NCBI GenBank assembly: GCA_963825525.1
Contig: CAWGTN010000002.1
Coordinates: forward strand, 1,056,001 to 1,120,000
Direction: 5' to 3'
DNA length: 64,000 nucleotides
Origin: an uncultured Chloroflexia bacterium
Lineage (GTDB): Bacteria; Chloroflexota; Limnocylindria; QHBO01
The translations under genes were made by a program, and so were the position numbers. The notes below the pieces were generated by a model. That model saw only the letters and a list, made by a program, of their open reading frames with translations, did not search any database and was not told the origin of the DNA. Positions 55,269-64,000 of this stretch are shown here, piece by piece (within the stretch, counting starts at the first letter, position 1; each line of letters begins with the position of its first letter).

Positions 55269-56492
55269 GTGAGCCGCGTCATCCAGGCCCTCGTGCCGTC
55301 CCGCCTTGGCACGAGCTTCCGATGGCTCCTCGCCTCCACGTGGACGAGCAATCTCGGCGACGGTATCGCGCTCGCCGCCGGTCCACTGCTGGTGGCTTCA
55401 CAGACGGACGATCCCCTGCTGGTCGCGCTCGCCGCGCTGGTCCAGTGGCTCCCGCCACTCCTGTTCGGCCTGGTCGCCGGCGTCCTCTCCGACCGCCTCG
55501 ACCGTCGGCTCCTGGTCGTCACCGTCGACGCCGTCCGCGCCGGCGTTCTCGCCCTGATCGCTGTCTCGATCGTCACCGACACGGTTTCGATCGGACTCGT
55601 GCTGGGGTCACTCTTCGTCCTGGCCACCGCCGAGGTATTCGCCGACAACGCCTCCCAGACGCTGCTGCCGATGCTCGTGCCACGAGAGGATCTCGGCGTG
55701 GCCAACGCCCGACTCCAGACCGGGTTCATCACCGTCAATCAGCTGGCCGGACCGCCGATCGGTGCCGCGCTGTTCGCCACCGGCATGGCCGTGCCGTTCA
55801 TCGGCAATGCGATCCTGGTGGGCATGGCCGGGTTGCTGGTGCTGCGGATCGGGCTCCCCGCCCATGGCCGGACCGGCGACCGGTCGACGCGAATCCGCGA
55901 GGAGATCGCCGAGGGACTCCGTTGGGTCCGGGGACACGCGGCGGTGCGCACCCTGGTCCTCACGATCTTCACGTTCAACATCACGTTCGGCGCCGCGTGG
56001 TCGGTCCTCGTGCTCTACGCGACGGGTCGCCTTGGCCTTGGCGCAGTCGGCTTCGGCCTGATCACGACCGCGATCGCCATCGGCGGCATCCTGGGCACGT
56101 TCTCATACGGCTGGATCACGCGCCGGGTCAGCCTCGGGAACATCATGCGCATCGGCCTGGTGATCGAAACCCTGACTCACCTCGGCCTGGCCGTGACCAG
56201 CAGCGCGCTGGTGGCCATGGGCATCTTCTTCGTCTTCGGGGCGCATGCGTTCGTGTGGGGAACCACGTCCATCACCATCCGTCAGCGGGCGGTGCCGGAT
56301 GCCCTCCAGGGACGAGTTGGCAGCGTCAATACCATCGGCGTCTTCGGCGGCCTGGTCGTCGGATCGGCGATCGGCGGCGTGCTGGCACGGCAATTCGGCA
56401 TCACGGCGCCGTTCTGGTTCGCGTTCCTCGGATCAGCGGTGTTCCTGGTGCTGATCTGGAAGCAGCTCGAGCACATCGCTCACGCCGACTAG
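55269..56492 (+). CDS. MFS transporter
   Basis: SNLGDG, GVLSDRLDRR (motif A), about 12 TM segments, QRAVPDALQGRV. Confidence 0.9.
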   Translation: MSRVIQALVPSRLGTSFRWLLASTWTSNLGDGIALAAGPLLVASQTDDPLLVALAALVQWLPPLLFGLVAGVLSDRLDRRLLVVTVDAVRAGVLALIAVSIVTDTVSIGLVLGSLFVLATAEVFADNASQTLLPMLVPREDLGVANARLQTGFITVNQLAGPPIGAALFATGMAVPFIGNAILVGMAGLLVLRIGLPAHGRTGDRSTRIREEIAEGLRWVRGHAAVRTLVLTIFTFNITFGAAWSVLVLYATGRLGLGAVGFGLITTAIAIGGILGTFSYGWITRRVSLGNIMRIGLVIETLTHLGLAVTSSALVAMGIFFVFGAHAFVWGTTSITIRQRAVPDALQGRVGSVNTIGVFGGLVVGSAIGGVLARQFGITAPFWFAFLGSAVFLVLIWKQLEHIAHAD

Positions 56493-56504
56493 CGCGCGCC
56501 GCTC

Positions 56505-59366
56505 CTACGGCCACAGCGCCCGGATCTGGGTGCGCACGGCCTCCCGAACGATCGACGTGCCACCCACGATGATCACGCTGGTGGGATCAAGACGCCGAAG
56601 CTCGGCTGCCACGCTGGCGGGCAACGCCGTGGATGGGACGAGCAGCAGCGGAGCCCCGTGCCGCCCGGCCACCGGCCCGGTGGCAAGGCCATCCGGGAAC
56701 GAGTTCCCGGCGGCGACGTAGACCTTCCCCACGCTGTTCGGCGCGAATCCCGCCACGCTCAACTTCACGGCCGTCTCATAGCGGTCCGAGCCCGAGATGC
56801 GGGTGACGGTCGCGGCATGGGCCTTGAGCTGCTGCGCGACGCTGTCGGAGATCATCCCGGTCCCGCCCATCACGATGATCTGATCGGGCGCCAGTCGGCT
56901 GAGTTCGGCTGCCGTGGCGGATGGGACGCTGGTCTGCTTGACGAGAAGGATCGGCGCCTGGGCACGCGCGGCGGCGGCCCCGGCCGCCAGCGCATCGGGG
57001 AAGTTGGCCCCCGTCGCGACATAGACGACCGACGCGCCGGGCGCGAAGGCAGATGCGCTGATCGCCGCCGCGGTGGCATAGCGATCCGAGCCTGCCAGCC
57101 GTGTCACGTCACCCGTGGTGAATGCCTCCAGCTGTGAGGCGACACTGCTCGCCACGGAGCCGGTGCCACCAAGGATCACGATGCGCCCCGGCTTGAGGCG
57201 CGACAGCTCGTTCGCGGTGGCGCCAGGCAGCGACGTCCGGCTGGTGAGCAGCAGCGGGCCGCCACTCACGCGTGCCGCCGGCCCGCCGGCCAGGGCATCC
57301 GGATACGAGGCTCCGGTGGCGATGAATGCAACCGGCACTCCGGGCCCGTACGCCAGCTTGCTCACGGAGGCCGCGGTCGCGTACCGATCCGCCCCGGCGA
57401 CGCGCGGCGCGCTCTTGCCGGTGGTGAAGCTCCACGATGCCGGGGCCAACAGGTTTCCGGCCGAATCCTTGATCCCGGAGGTCAGCGTTGCGGTGTACGA
57501 CTGCTCGGCAGCGAGCGGGGCAGATGGCGTCAGGGTGGCCCGGCGAGCCGATGACGAGTAGGTGACCGTTGCGGGGATGACCTTGGCGGATGCGTCCTTG
57601 AGCACAAAGCTGCTGCTGCTGACCCCGACCACGGCCTCGTCGAAGGTGGCCGTCAGTGGCCCGTCGTAGCTGACCGAGGTCGCCGCCGGTGCCGGGCTGC
57701 GGCCGGAGAGCTTCGGGGCCACGTTGTCGAGGAACGTCGGCGTGATCGAATAGGCGCTCCGGCTGCCGTTGGCGTAGAAGTTCAGGACGCGAACGACGAT
57801 CTTGGTCGAACCGGTGACCGAGACGGAGGCGAGCTCGGTGCCGCCCTCGTACTGGGCATCGACCCGCTTCAGCAGCTGCCCGGCGGCCGTGTAGAGCTCG
57901 ACGATCGGGTCGATCGGCAGCGAACTGCGATTCCACGGGTAGTTACGAGTATCGACGACGCCGGTCACCCGAACATCGAGGCGACCCGAGCGCGGAACCT
58001 GCACCGAGAAGTAGTCCACGTCACCGGCGGGGTAGATCGACGGTCGTGTCGTGGTGCCGAGCGCGAGGGCCTTGGCCGATGACAGTGCGTTGTTCGACTC
58101 GAGCGCGTCACCGCCGGCGACCGACGGTGCGCCGACGCTGCCGCCAAGGGCCCGATACGCGTTGACTCGACCCCGACCGTATCGCACGTCATACCCGCCA
58201 TATCCGAGGTCATCGACCGTGGCGATGAGGCGGCTGACAACCTGTGACGGCGTATAGCTCGGGTACCGCGCCCGGATGAGCGCAATGACGCCGGCCACGT
58301 TCGGCGTGGCGAAGCTGGTGCCGCTGATGTAGGTGTGGTCGCCCCAGGTGTCGTGGCCGCCGTAGGTGCAGACGGTGCAGTTCGTGGTCTGGACCGACGC
58401 GCCGGGGGCGCTGACATCGACCTTGGGACCGAAGCTCGACCAGTGGGCGAACTCGTCGTCCACCTGGGTGGCGCTGACGCTCACGACGTTGGTGAAGGCC
58501 GCCGGGTAGAAGTCCTCCTGCCGCCCGTTGTTCCCCGCGGCGCCGACCAGGACCACGCCCTTGTTCCACGCGTAGTTCACGGCATCCTGGACATACGAGG
58601 TGGCGGGGAACCCACCGACGCTCATGTTGATGACGGTTGCGCCGTGATCGGCGGCCCAGATGATGCCGGCCGTGAGGTCTGATGTGTCGCCGGTTCCCTC
58701 GCGGCTCATGATCTTGACCGGCAGGATCTTGTCGGACCAGCTGATGCCCGCGATGCCATAGCCGTCATTGGGCTTTGCGCCGATGATGCCCGCCACCCAC
58801 GTTCCGTGTCCGTTGTCATCGGCGGCATTCGAGTCGGTGTTCACGAAGTCATAGCCCGGGAGCACACGACCGGCGAGGTCGGGATGGTTGGCCTGGACGC
58901 CAGTGTCGAGCACCGCGACCACGCCGGTGCCGCCCTTGGACAATGACCACGCGTCGCGCACGCGCATGCGGTCGAGTGAGTACTGGCCGGCGGTCTTCGG
59001 ATCGTTGACGCTCACGGCGGCCACCGCGCCCTCGTCGGCAAGGTGCACGACGTAGTTCGGCTCGGCGTAGGCCACGGCCGGATCGGAGCGCAGCTCGGCG
59101 AGGACCTCGCCCACCGGACGGCCCTGTGTGGAGACCACCTCCGGCAACGACGGATCCTCCGGCCCCAGGTCGGCCTGGATCGACAGGCCGCGGATGCGGG
59201 CCACCTCCGGACCGCGGGCCGGGTCACGCCACTTGACGATCACCTCGCCGGGGACGATCTCGCCCGCCTCAGGGGTCGTGGGAGGCGGCGGTTCGTCGGC
59301 AGCCGCCGGCGCGGCGGTGCTCAGCAGAAAGGTGACGGCGAGGAGGGTCGAGATGGCTCGGGACAC
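56505..59366 (-). CDS. Secreted S8 subtilisin-like serine protease with PPC-like and Ig-like domains and three CWB2 repeats
   Basis: Signal peptide from GTG 59366 (GGAG upstream). Triad VLDTG / NGHGT / GTSFATP. Ig-like ATFDEAV..SFTT. Three repeats of R.AG.DRY.TA...FPDAL..G...P.LL...I.I.GG. Confidence 0.9.
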   Translation of the reverse strand: MSRAISTLLAVTFLLSTAAPAAADEPPPPTTPEAGEIVPGEVIVKWRDPARGPEVARIRGLSIQADLGPEDPSLPEVVSTQGRPVGEVLAELRSDPAVAYAEPNYVVHLADEGAVAAVSVNDPKTAGQYSLDRMRVRDAWSLSKGGTGVVAVLDTGVQANHPDLAGRVLPGYDFVNTDSNAADDNGHGTWVAGIIGAKPNDGYGIAGISWSDKILPVKIMSREGTGDTSDLTAGIIWAADHGATVINMSVGGFPATSYVQDAVNYAWNKGVVLVGAAGNNGRQEDFYPAAFTNVVSVSATQVDDEFAHWSSFGPKVDVSAPGASVQTTNCTVCTYGGHDTWGDHTYISGTSFATPNVAGVIALIRARYPSYTPSQVVSRLIATVDDLGYGGYDVRYGRGRVNAYRALGGSVGAPSVAGGDALESNNALSSAKALALGTTTRPSIYPAGDVDYFSVQVPRSGRLDVRVTGVVDTRNYPWNRSSLPIDPIVELYTAAGQLLKRVDAQYEGGTELASVSVTGSTKIVVRVLNFYANGSRSAYSITPTFLDNVAPKLSGRSPAPAATSVSYDGPLTATFDEAVVGVSSSSFVLKDASAKVIPATVTYSSSARRATLTPSAPLAAEQSYTATLTSGIKDSAGNLLAPASWSFTTGKSAPRVAGADRYATAASVSKLAYGPGVPVAFIATGASYPDALAGGPAARVSGGPLLLTSRTSLPGATANELSRLKPGRIVILGGTGSVASSVASQLEAFTTGDVTRLAGSDRYATAAAISASAFAPGASVVYVATGANFPDALAAGAAAARAQAPILLVKQTSVPSATAAELSRLAPDQIIVMGGTGMISDSVAQQLKAHAATVTRISGSDRYETAVKLSVAGFAPNSVGKVYVAAGNSFPDGLATGPVAGRHGAPLLLVPSTALPASVAAELRRLDPTSVIIVGGTSIVREAVRTQIRALWP

Positions 59367-59518
59367 GCGAGGTGGACTCCGGTGTGGTTCGCTGGGCTGG
59401 GCATCATCCGCTGCGTGCCCGGCGTGATGGGAGAACGGTACGCGCGCCGAACGGGGGGGACGACCGGACGATGGTCGCGGCATCGACCCGGACCGATGGG
59501 CCACGCGGTGTGCCGAGC

Positions 59519-60112
59519 CTACTCCGGGTCGCCCTCGAGGATTGCGGTGATGTGATCGAGCGCGGCGGCCACCGCGCGCCCGCGATGGCTGATCCGATCC
59601 TTGTCGCCTTCGGGGAGCTGGGCCGTGGTGAGGCCGCCGGGCAGCTCGAACACGGGGTCGTACCCGAAACCGCCGCCTCCGCGGGCATGCCGCGCAATTG
59701 CGCCATCGATGGTTCCGGTGAAGACCTCGACCACCGGCTGATCGTCGACGATTCGCGCCACGGCCAGCGCGCAGATCATCCGTGCGCGTCGGTCGTCGGC
59801 ATCGCCGAGTGCCTCGAGAATTCGATCGGCGTTCCGGCCCTGGCCCCAGCGGGCGCTCCTGACTCCGGGGCCCCAGCCGAGCGCCGCGACCTCGATGCCC
59901 GAGTCGTCGGCCACCGTGAGCAGGCCGGAGGCGGACGCGTAGGCCATGGCCTTGGCCGTGGCATTCTCGGCGTACGTCTCGAATGGCTCATCCACATCGA
60001 GGTCCACGTCGACCTCGTCCGGGGTCACGATCTCACCCGGCACGGAAGCGAGCAGGCGCCGGAACTCGACCTGCTTTCCCGAATTCGTCGTGGCGATCAG
60101 CAGACGGCTCAC
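59519..60112 (-). CDS. rdgB: Non-canonical purine NTP pyrophosphatase
   Basis: [35 protein letters not shown]. Confidence 0.92.
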   Translation of the reverse strand: MSRLLIATTNSGKQVEFRRLLASVPGEIVTPDEVDVDLDVDEPFETYAENATAKAMAYASASGLLTVADDSGIEVAALGWGPGVRSARWGQGRNADRILEALGDADDRRARMICALAVARIVDDQPVVEVFTGTIDGAIARHARGGGGFGYDPVFELPGGLTTAQLPEGDKDRISHRGRAVAAALDHITAILEGDPE

Positions 60113-60855
60113 TCGCCGGGCGGTGCCTCGATGGCCGTGCGTTGGATCGTGAACAGCTGGCGGATGCCGGCGGCGGCGAGGTCGACCATCTGATCAAGCT
60201 GCTGCCGGGTGAAGGCACCGTGCTCGGCGGTGCCCTGCACTTCGATCAGCCGATCGTCATCGGTCATGACAACGTTGAAATCCACCTCCGCGGTGGAGTC
60301 CTCCGAGTAGTCGAGGTCGAGGTGTGGCACGGCCCTCACGATGCCCACGCTGACCGCTGCCACCTGCCCGGTCAACAGGTGAGCCATGCCGTACTTGTGC
60401 AGGGCGCGGGCGAGCGCGACGTACGCGCCGGTGATGCTGGCGGTCCGCGTTCCGCCATCGGCCTGGATCACATCGCAGTCGAGGGTGATCGTCCGTTCGC
60501 CTAGCTTCCCCATGTCGATCACGCCTCGAAGCGAGCGGCCGATGAGGCGCTGGATCTCGTGCGTTCGACCCCCGATCGAGCCGCGGGCCGCCTCGCGTTG
60601 GCTGCGTTCGGTGCCCGCGCGAGGGAGCATGCTGTACTCGGCGGTGACCCAGCCGCGGCCCTTGCCGCGCATCCAGCCGGGTACCCGATCCTCGATCGTC
60701 GCCGCGCAGATGACGCGCGTGTCACCAACCCGGATGAGCACCGACCCTTCGGCGAACTTCAGGTAGTCGGGGACGATCTTGATCGGCCGCAGCTGGTTCG
60801 GTACGCGCCCGTCGTTGCGTCGTGCGGTGCCGGCCGGCGGAGTGGTGGTGGTCAT
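60109..60855 (-). CDS. rph: Ribonuclease PH
   Basis: [58 protein letters not shown]. Confidence 0.97.
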   Translation of the reverse strand: MTTTTPPAGTARRNDGRVPNQLRPIKIVPDYLKFAEGSVLIRVGDTRVICAATIEDRVPGWMRGKGRGWVTAEYSMLPRAGTERSQREAARGSIGGRTHEIQRLIGRSLRGVIDMGKLGERTITLDCDVIQADGGTRTASITGAYVALARALHKYGMAHLLTGQVAAVSVGIVRAVPHLDLDYSEDSTAEVDFNVVMTDDDRLIEVQGTAEHGAFTRQQLDQMVDLAAAGIRQLFTIQRTAIEAPPGE

Positions 60856-60887
60856 TGGCTGCCGATTCTACCCGGCAGCCGCGTCGC

Positions 60888-62282
60888 TCAGGGCAGGGTG
60901 TTGTCGATGCTGCGAACGACGCCGTCCGAAACCGACCCCGTTCCGCCCAGCACGTAGACCGTATCGGGACCGAGGCGCGAGAGCTCGCTGGCGACGGCAC
61001 TCGGCAGGCTCGACTGCGACACGAGCAGCAGCGGTCCGGGGACGAGCGCGGCCACCGGGCCGCCGGCCAGGCCATCGGGGAAGTTCGAGCCGGTCGCCAC
61101 GAACACCGCGTCGCTGCCGCCGCTTCCGTAGCTTGCCCGACTGACCTGGACGCTCGTCGCGTAGCGATCGGCTCCGGCGAGCCGGCTGACCGAGCCGGAG
61201 TAGGCCTTGAGGGCCTCCGCCACAGCGGCATTGATCGCTCCCGTTCCCCCCAGGATGACGATCTTGGCGGGGTTCAGGCGATCGAGCTCACGGGCAGTGG
61301 CGATGGGGAGCGAGTTCGATTTGGCCAGGAGGATCGGCCCGCCGTTGCGCCCGGCGAGCGCTCCGCCGGATAGGGCGTCGGGGAATGTCATGCCGGTTGC
61401 GACATAGGCCACCGGAACTCCCGGCGAAAAGGACTTCTCGCTGACCATGGCCGCGGTCGCGAACCGATCAGCACCGGCCCATCGGACGACCGAACCGGCA
61501 AACGATCCCAACCGGGTGGCGACGTTCGCGCTGACGGCGCCGGTGCCGCCGAGAATCACGATGCGGGACGGCTTGAGCCGGGCGAGCTCGGTCTCGGTGG
61601 CACTCGAGAGCGTCCAGCGATCGGTGAGCAGGATCGGGCCGTTGGCGCGAGCGGCCGCCGGCGAGCCGGCAAGCGCGTCCGGGAACGATGCGCCGGTGGC
61701 GATGAACACGGTGGATGCCCCGCCGCCGAATCGGGACCGGCTGATCGCCGCTGCGGTCGCGTAGCGGTCCCCACCGGCGAGCCGGAGGATGTCCGTGCTG
61801 CTCTCGGGAGCGCAGGTCCGAACGAACACCATGACCGAGTAGGTCTTGCCGCTGCTGGTGGAGGTGCGGTGGCTGCCACCGGCGACGGTGTAGTTGCCGA
61901 CGATGATGTCGTGATGGCCCTGTGACTTCCACCACGACTCCATGGTGCGGGCCGGATCGTACGAGGAGTACCCGCGCTCCCAGGCAATGATCTCGCCGTG
62001 TGCCGTGAAGCAGACGCCGAGGGCCTTGAGGCGGGACGCGATGTAGTTCGCCTCGTGGCCGAAGGTGTCGGAGCTCGCCATTCGCGAAGCACGCTCGTCG
62101 GCAATCTTGTCGACGGCCGAGGAGAGGCTGACCGGCGGGAGGTTGACCGATGCGCGCTTGGCGTTCGCCAGGTCGACGTAGCGATTGCCGTCCACGGCCG
62201 CGGCCGGAGCCGCGAACGCCAGGACCAGCGACATGGAGACGAGGGCGCCGAACGTGCGGCGGAGGGATGCGGAACGAATCAT
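60888..62282 (-). CDS. Secreted CAP/SCP-domain protein with three CWB2 repeats
   Basis: Signal peptide ending AAA. CAP motifs N..RA, FGH, GEIIA, WWKSQGH. Three CWB2 repeats. Confidence 0.88.
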   Translation of the reverse strand: MIRSASLRRTFGALVSMSLVLAFAAPAAAVDGNRYVDLANAKRASVNLPPVSLSSAVDKIADERASRMASSDTFGHEANYIASRLKALGVCFTAHGEIIAWERGYSSYDPARTMESWWKSQGHHDIIVGNYTVAGGSHRTSTSSGKTYSVMVFVRTCAPESSTDILRLAGGDRYATAAAISRSRFGGGASTVFIATGASFPDALAGSPAAARANGPILLTDRWTLSSATETELARLKPSRIVILGGTGAVSANVATRLGSFAGSVVRWAGADRFATAAMVSEKSFSPGVPVAYVATGMTFPDALSGGALAGRNGGPILLAKSNSLPIATARELDRLNPAKIVILGGTGAINAAVAEALKAYSGSVSRLAGADRYATSVQVSRASYGSGGSDAVFVATGSNFPDGLAGGPVAALVPGPLLLVSQSSLPSAVASELSRLGPDTVYVLGGTGSVSDGVVRSIDNTLP

Positions 62283-62405
62283 GGGACGCGGGGCTCCGAG
62301 GGATGGGATCAGGACACGTCGACCCTACCAACCAACCTCGGCCTTCGACCATGGCCCGATGGGGCCGTCACGCGCCTGAGCGGAGTACCGTGCGAGCGCG
62401 CCCCA

Positions 62406-64000
62406 TTAGTCCCACAGTGCTGCGATCTGCGCCGCCACGGAGGCCGAGACGGAGCTCGTGCCGCCCAGGATGATGATCCGCGGCGGATTCAGGCGCCGCA
62501 GCTCGGCGGCCACCGCTGCCGGCAACGTTCCGTTCGGCACGATGATCAACGGGCCATCGGCCTTGGCGGCCGCCGGCGTCCCGGCCAGGCCGTCGGCGAA
62601 GTTCGCCCCCGTGGCCACGTACACGGTCCGCGGCGCATCACTGCCGGTTGTTGCCTTGGAGACCGCGACCGCGGTGGCATAGCGATCGGCCCCCGCCAGG
62701 CGCGTGACCGAACCTCCGGTGGCGTAGGGACGCAGCCGCGACAGCACCGCGTCGCTGACCACGGACGTTCCGCCAAGGACGACGATCTTGACCGGCTTCA
62801 GCCGCTCCAGCTCGCTCGCGGTCGATGAGGGAAGCGACCCACCTGCGACGAGCAGGATGGGTCCGTCCTGCCGGCCTGCGGCAACGCCACCGGCCAGCGC
62901 ATCGGGGAAGGACCCACCGGCCGCCACGTAGGCCACCGGCACACCCTGGGGAAAGACCGCAGAGCTGGTGCGCGCGGCCGTGGCATAGCGATCAGGGCCG
63001 GCGATGCGCGTCACGACACCGCTGGTGGCGTAGGAACGCAGCTGCGCAGCAACCGAGTCGCTGACCATGGCGGTGCCGCCCAACACCACGATCCGGGCCG
63101 GCCGCAGCCGAGCAAGTTCCCCGGCCGTGGCAGATGGCAGCGAGGTCCCCAGCGTGAGCAGGACCGGGCCACCCTCCCGCGCCGCAGCCGGGCCGGCAGC
63201 CAGGGCATCGGGAAATGACGAGCCGGTGGCAACGTACGCAACCGGAACCCCCGGTGCGTAGCTGGCGGAGCTGACCCGGGCAGCGGTGCCGAATCGATCC
63301 TGGCCGGCAAACCGGGCCTGGAGCTTGAGGAATCGGTCCTCGATCAGCGTCCAGAGCTCGCCAACGCCGGTGTCCATGCCAAGGCTCCAGATGCCGATGC
63401 CGGCTGCGCCGTTGGCGCGGACCATCTGGTACTTGGCCCGCAGCGAGACCGGATCGTCGTAGTAGCCCTGCCGATAGCCGCCGTCGGCGGCATGCCAGAC
63501 GAACCAGGGAACCTGTCCGACCGAGTCCCACTTGCGCCCGTACTGGGCCGCCAGGACCTTGCCGCCGTACGGCGTTCCGCCATCACTGCCGTAGTAGCTG
63601 AAGGCAGTGCTGCTGACCGGCGAGCGCACGGGCGAGTTGACCGCGGCGGTGGTCGTGTTCCAGGCACGACCGTAGTACGGCACGCCCCAGATGAGCTTGG
63701 ATGCCGGGACGCGGGCCACGTGGTCGCGCATCGCGTCCCCGGCGTCATAGATCGTGGAGCTGTCCATCGGCGCCACGCCACCGGCTCGGGCCGAGCCCGC
63801 GTAGCTGAAGTCGTAGGCCATCACCATCAGCGCGTCCGCCGCGCCAGCCGCGGTGAGTCCCTGGACGTCATACCCGGTCGACCAGGCGGCGGCACCGGCC
63901 ATCGTGTCGACGGTCACGAACGAACCGACCCGCGCCTTCACGAGGCCCGCCTTCATCTCGCGGACGAACGAGGTGAACTGCGAGCGCAGGCTGGACGGCA
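62406..64000 (-). CDS. GH18 glycoside hydrolase with three CWB2 repeats, 5'-partial
   Basis: VMAYDF, KLIWGVPYYG, YDDPVSL..K, GIGIWSLG, then three CWB2 repeats. The frame stays open to the window end. Confidence 0.87.
   Translation of the reverse strand, partial: PSSLRSQFTSFVREMKAGLVKARVGSFVTVDTMAGAAAWSTGYDVQGLTAAGAADALMVMAYDFSYAGSARAGGVAPMDSSTIYDAGDAMRDHVARVPASKLIWGVPYYGRAWNTTTAAVNSPVRSPVSSTAFSYYGSDGGTPYGGKVLAAQYGRKWDSVGQVPWFVWHAADGGYRQGYYDDPVSLRAKYQMVRANGAAGIGIWSLGMDTGVGELWTLIEDRFLKLQARFAGQDRFGTAARVSSASYAPGVPVAYVATGSSFPDALAAGPAAAREGGPVLLTLGTSLPSATAGELARLRPARIVVLGGTAMVSDSVAAQLRSYATSGVVTRIAGPDRYATAARTSSAVFPQGVPVAYVAAGGSFPDALAGGVAAGRQDGPILLVAGGSLPSSTASELERLKPVKIVVLGGTSVVSDAVLSRLRPYATGGSVTRLAGADRYATAVAVSKATTGSDAPRTVYVATGANFADGLAGTPAAAKADGPLIIVPNGTLPAAVAAELRRLNPPRIIILGGTSSVSASVAAQIAALWD

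Noticed and set aside
53468-56572. 1034-aa + strand ORF
   Set aside because: Arg/Gly/Pro-rich shadow frame crossing a ligase, a WecA-like gene, a tRNA and an MFS gene. Typical high-GC artefact.
59367-59518. Riboswitch in the long leader of the S8 protease gene
   Set aside because: Only a short GGGCA/TGCCC hairpin is visible. I could not match a c-di-AMP, c-di-GMP or other known aptamer consensus by eye; a cmscan against Rfam would settle it.

Overview
High-GC bacterial chromosomal window (roughly 70% GC by eye). Gene content and style (leaderless TAnnnT promoters, LCP, CWB2 and DUF3048 proteins, GSI-alpha glnA, no LPS genes here) suggest a monoderm lineage such as Chloroflexota/Limnocylindria or an actinobacterium-like taxon; this is inference only. 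Layout: pantothenate genes (DUF2520 reductase, panC, panB), hydrolases, a TreS-like GH13 with an LLM oxidoreductase, a DUF6582-nucleotide cyclase fusion, tRNA-Pro(CGG), a candidate ~156-nt structured RNA and serA. Then a ~34 kb surface-glycan locus (10.5-44.6 kb): a pseudaminic acid pathway with no pseH but with an atypical SDR/methyltransferase/ATP-grasp/HAD cassette, rmlA/C/D, a LegB-like pair, two flippases, several GT4s, an O-antigen-ligase-like protein and an LCP. Then glnA with a PucR-type regulator and palindromic operator, resB, a cystathionine lyase-family gene, DUF3048, GGDEF, a second ligase-like gene, a WecA/TagO-like gene, tRNA-Pro(TGG), an MFS transporter, rdgB, rph and three proteins with triple CWB2 repeats. 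Six small frameshifts in five genes look like assembly indels. No CRISPR, rRNA, integrase or transposase was seen. Best candidates for novelty: a CWB2/LCP/oligosaccharyltransferase-type surface system with a modified pseudaminic acid, the minus-strand hairpin RNA, the DUF6582-cyclase fusion, and PucR control of glnA.
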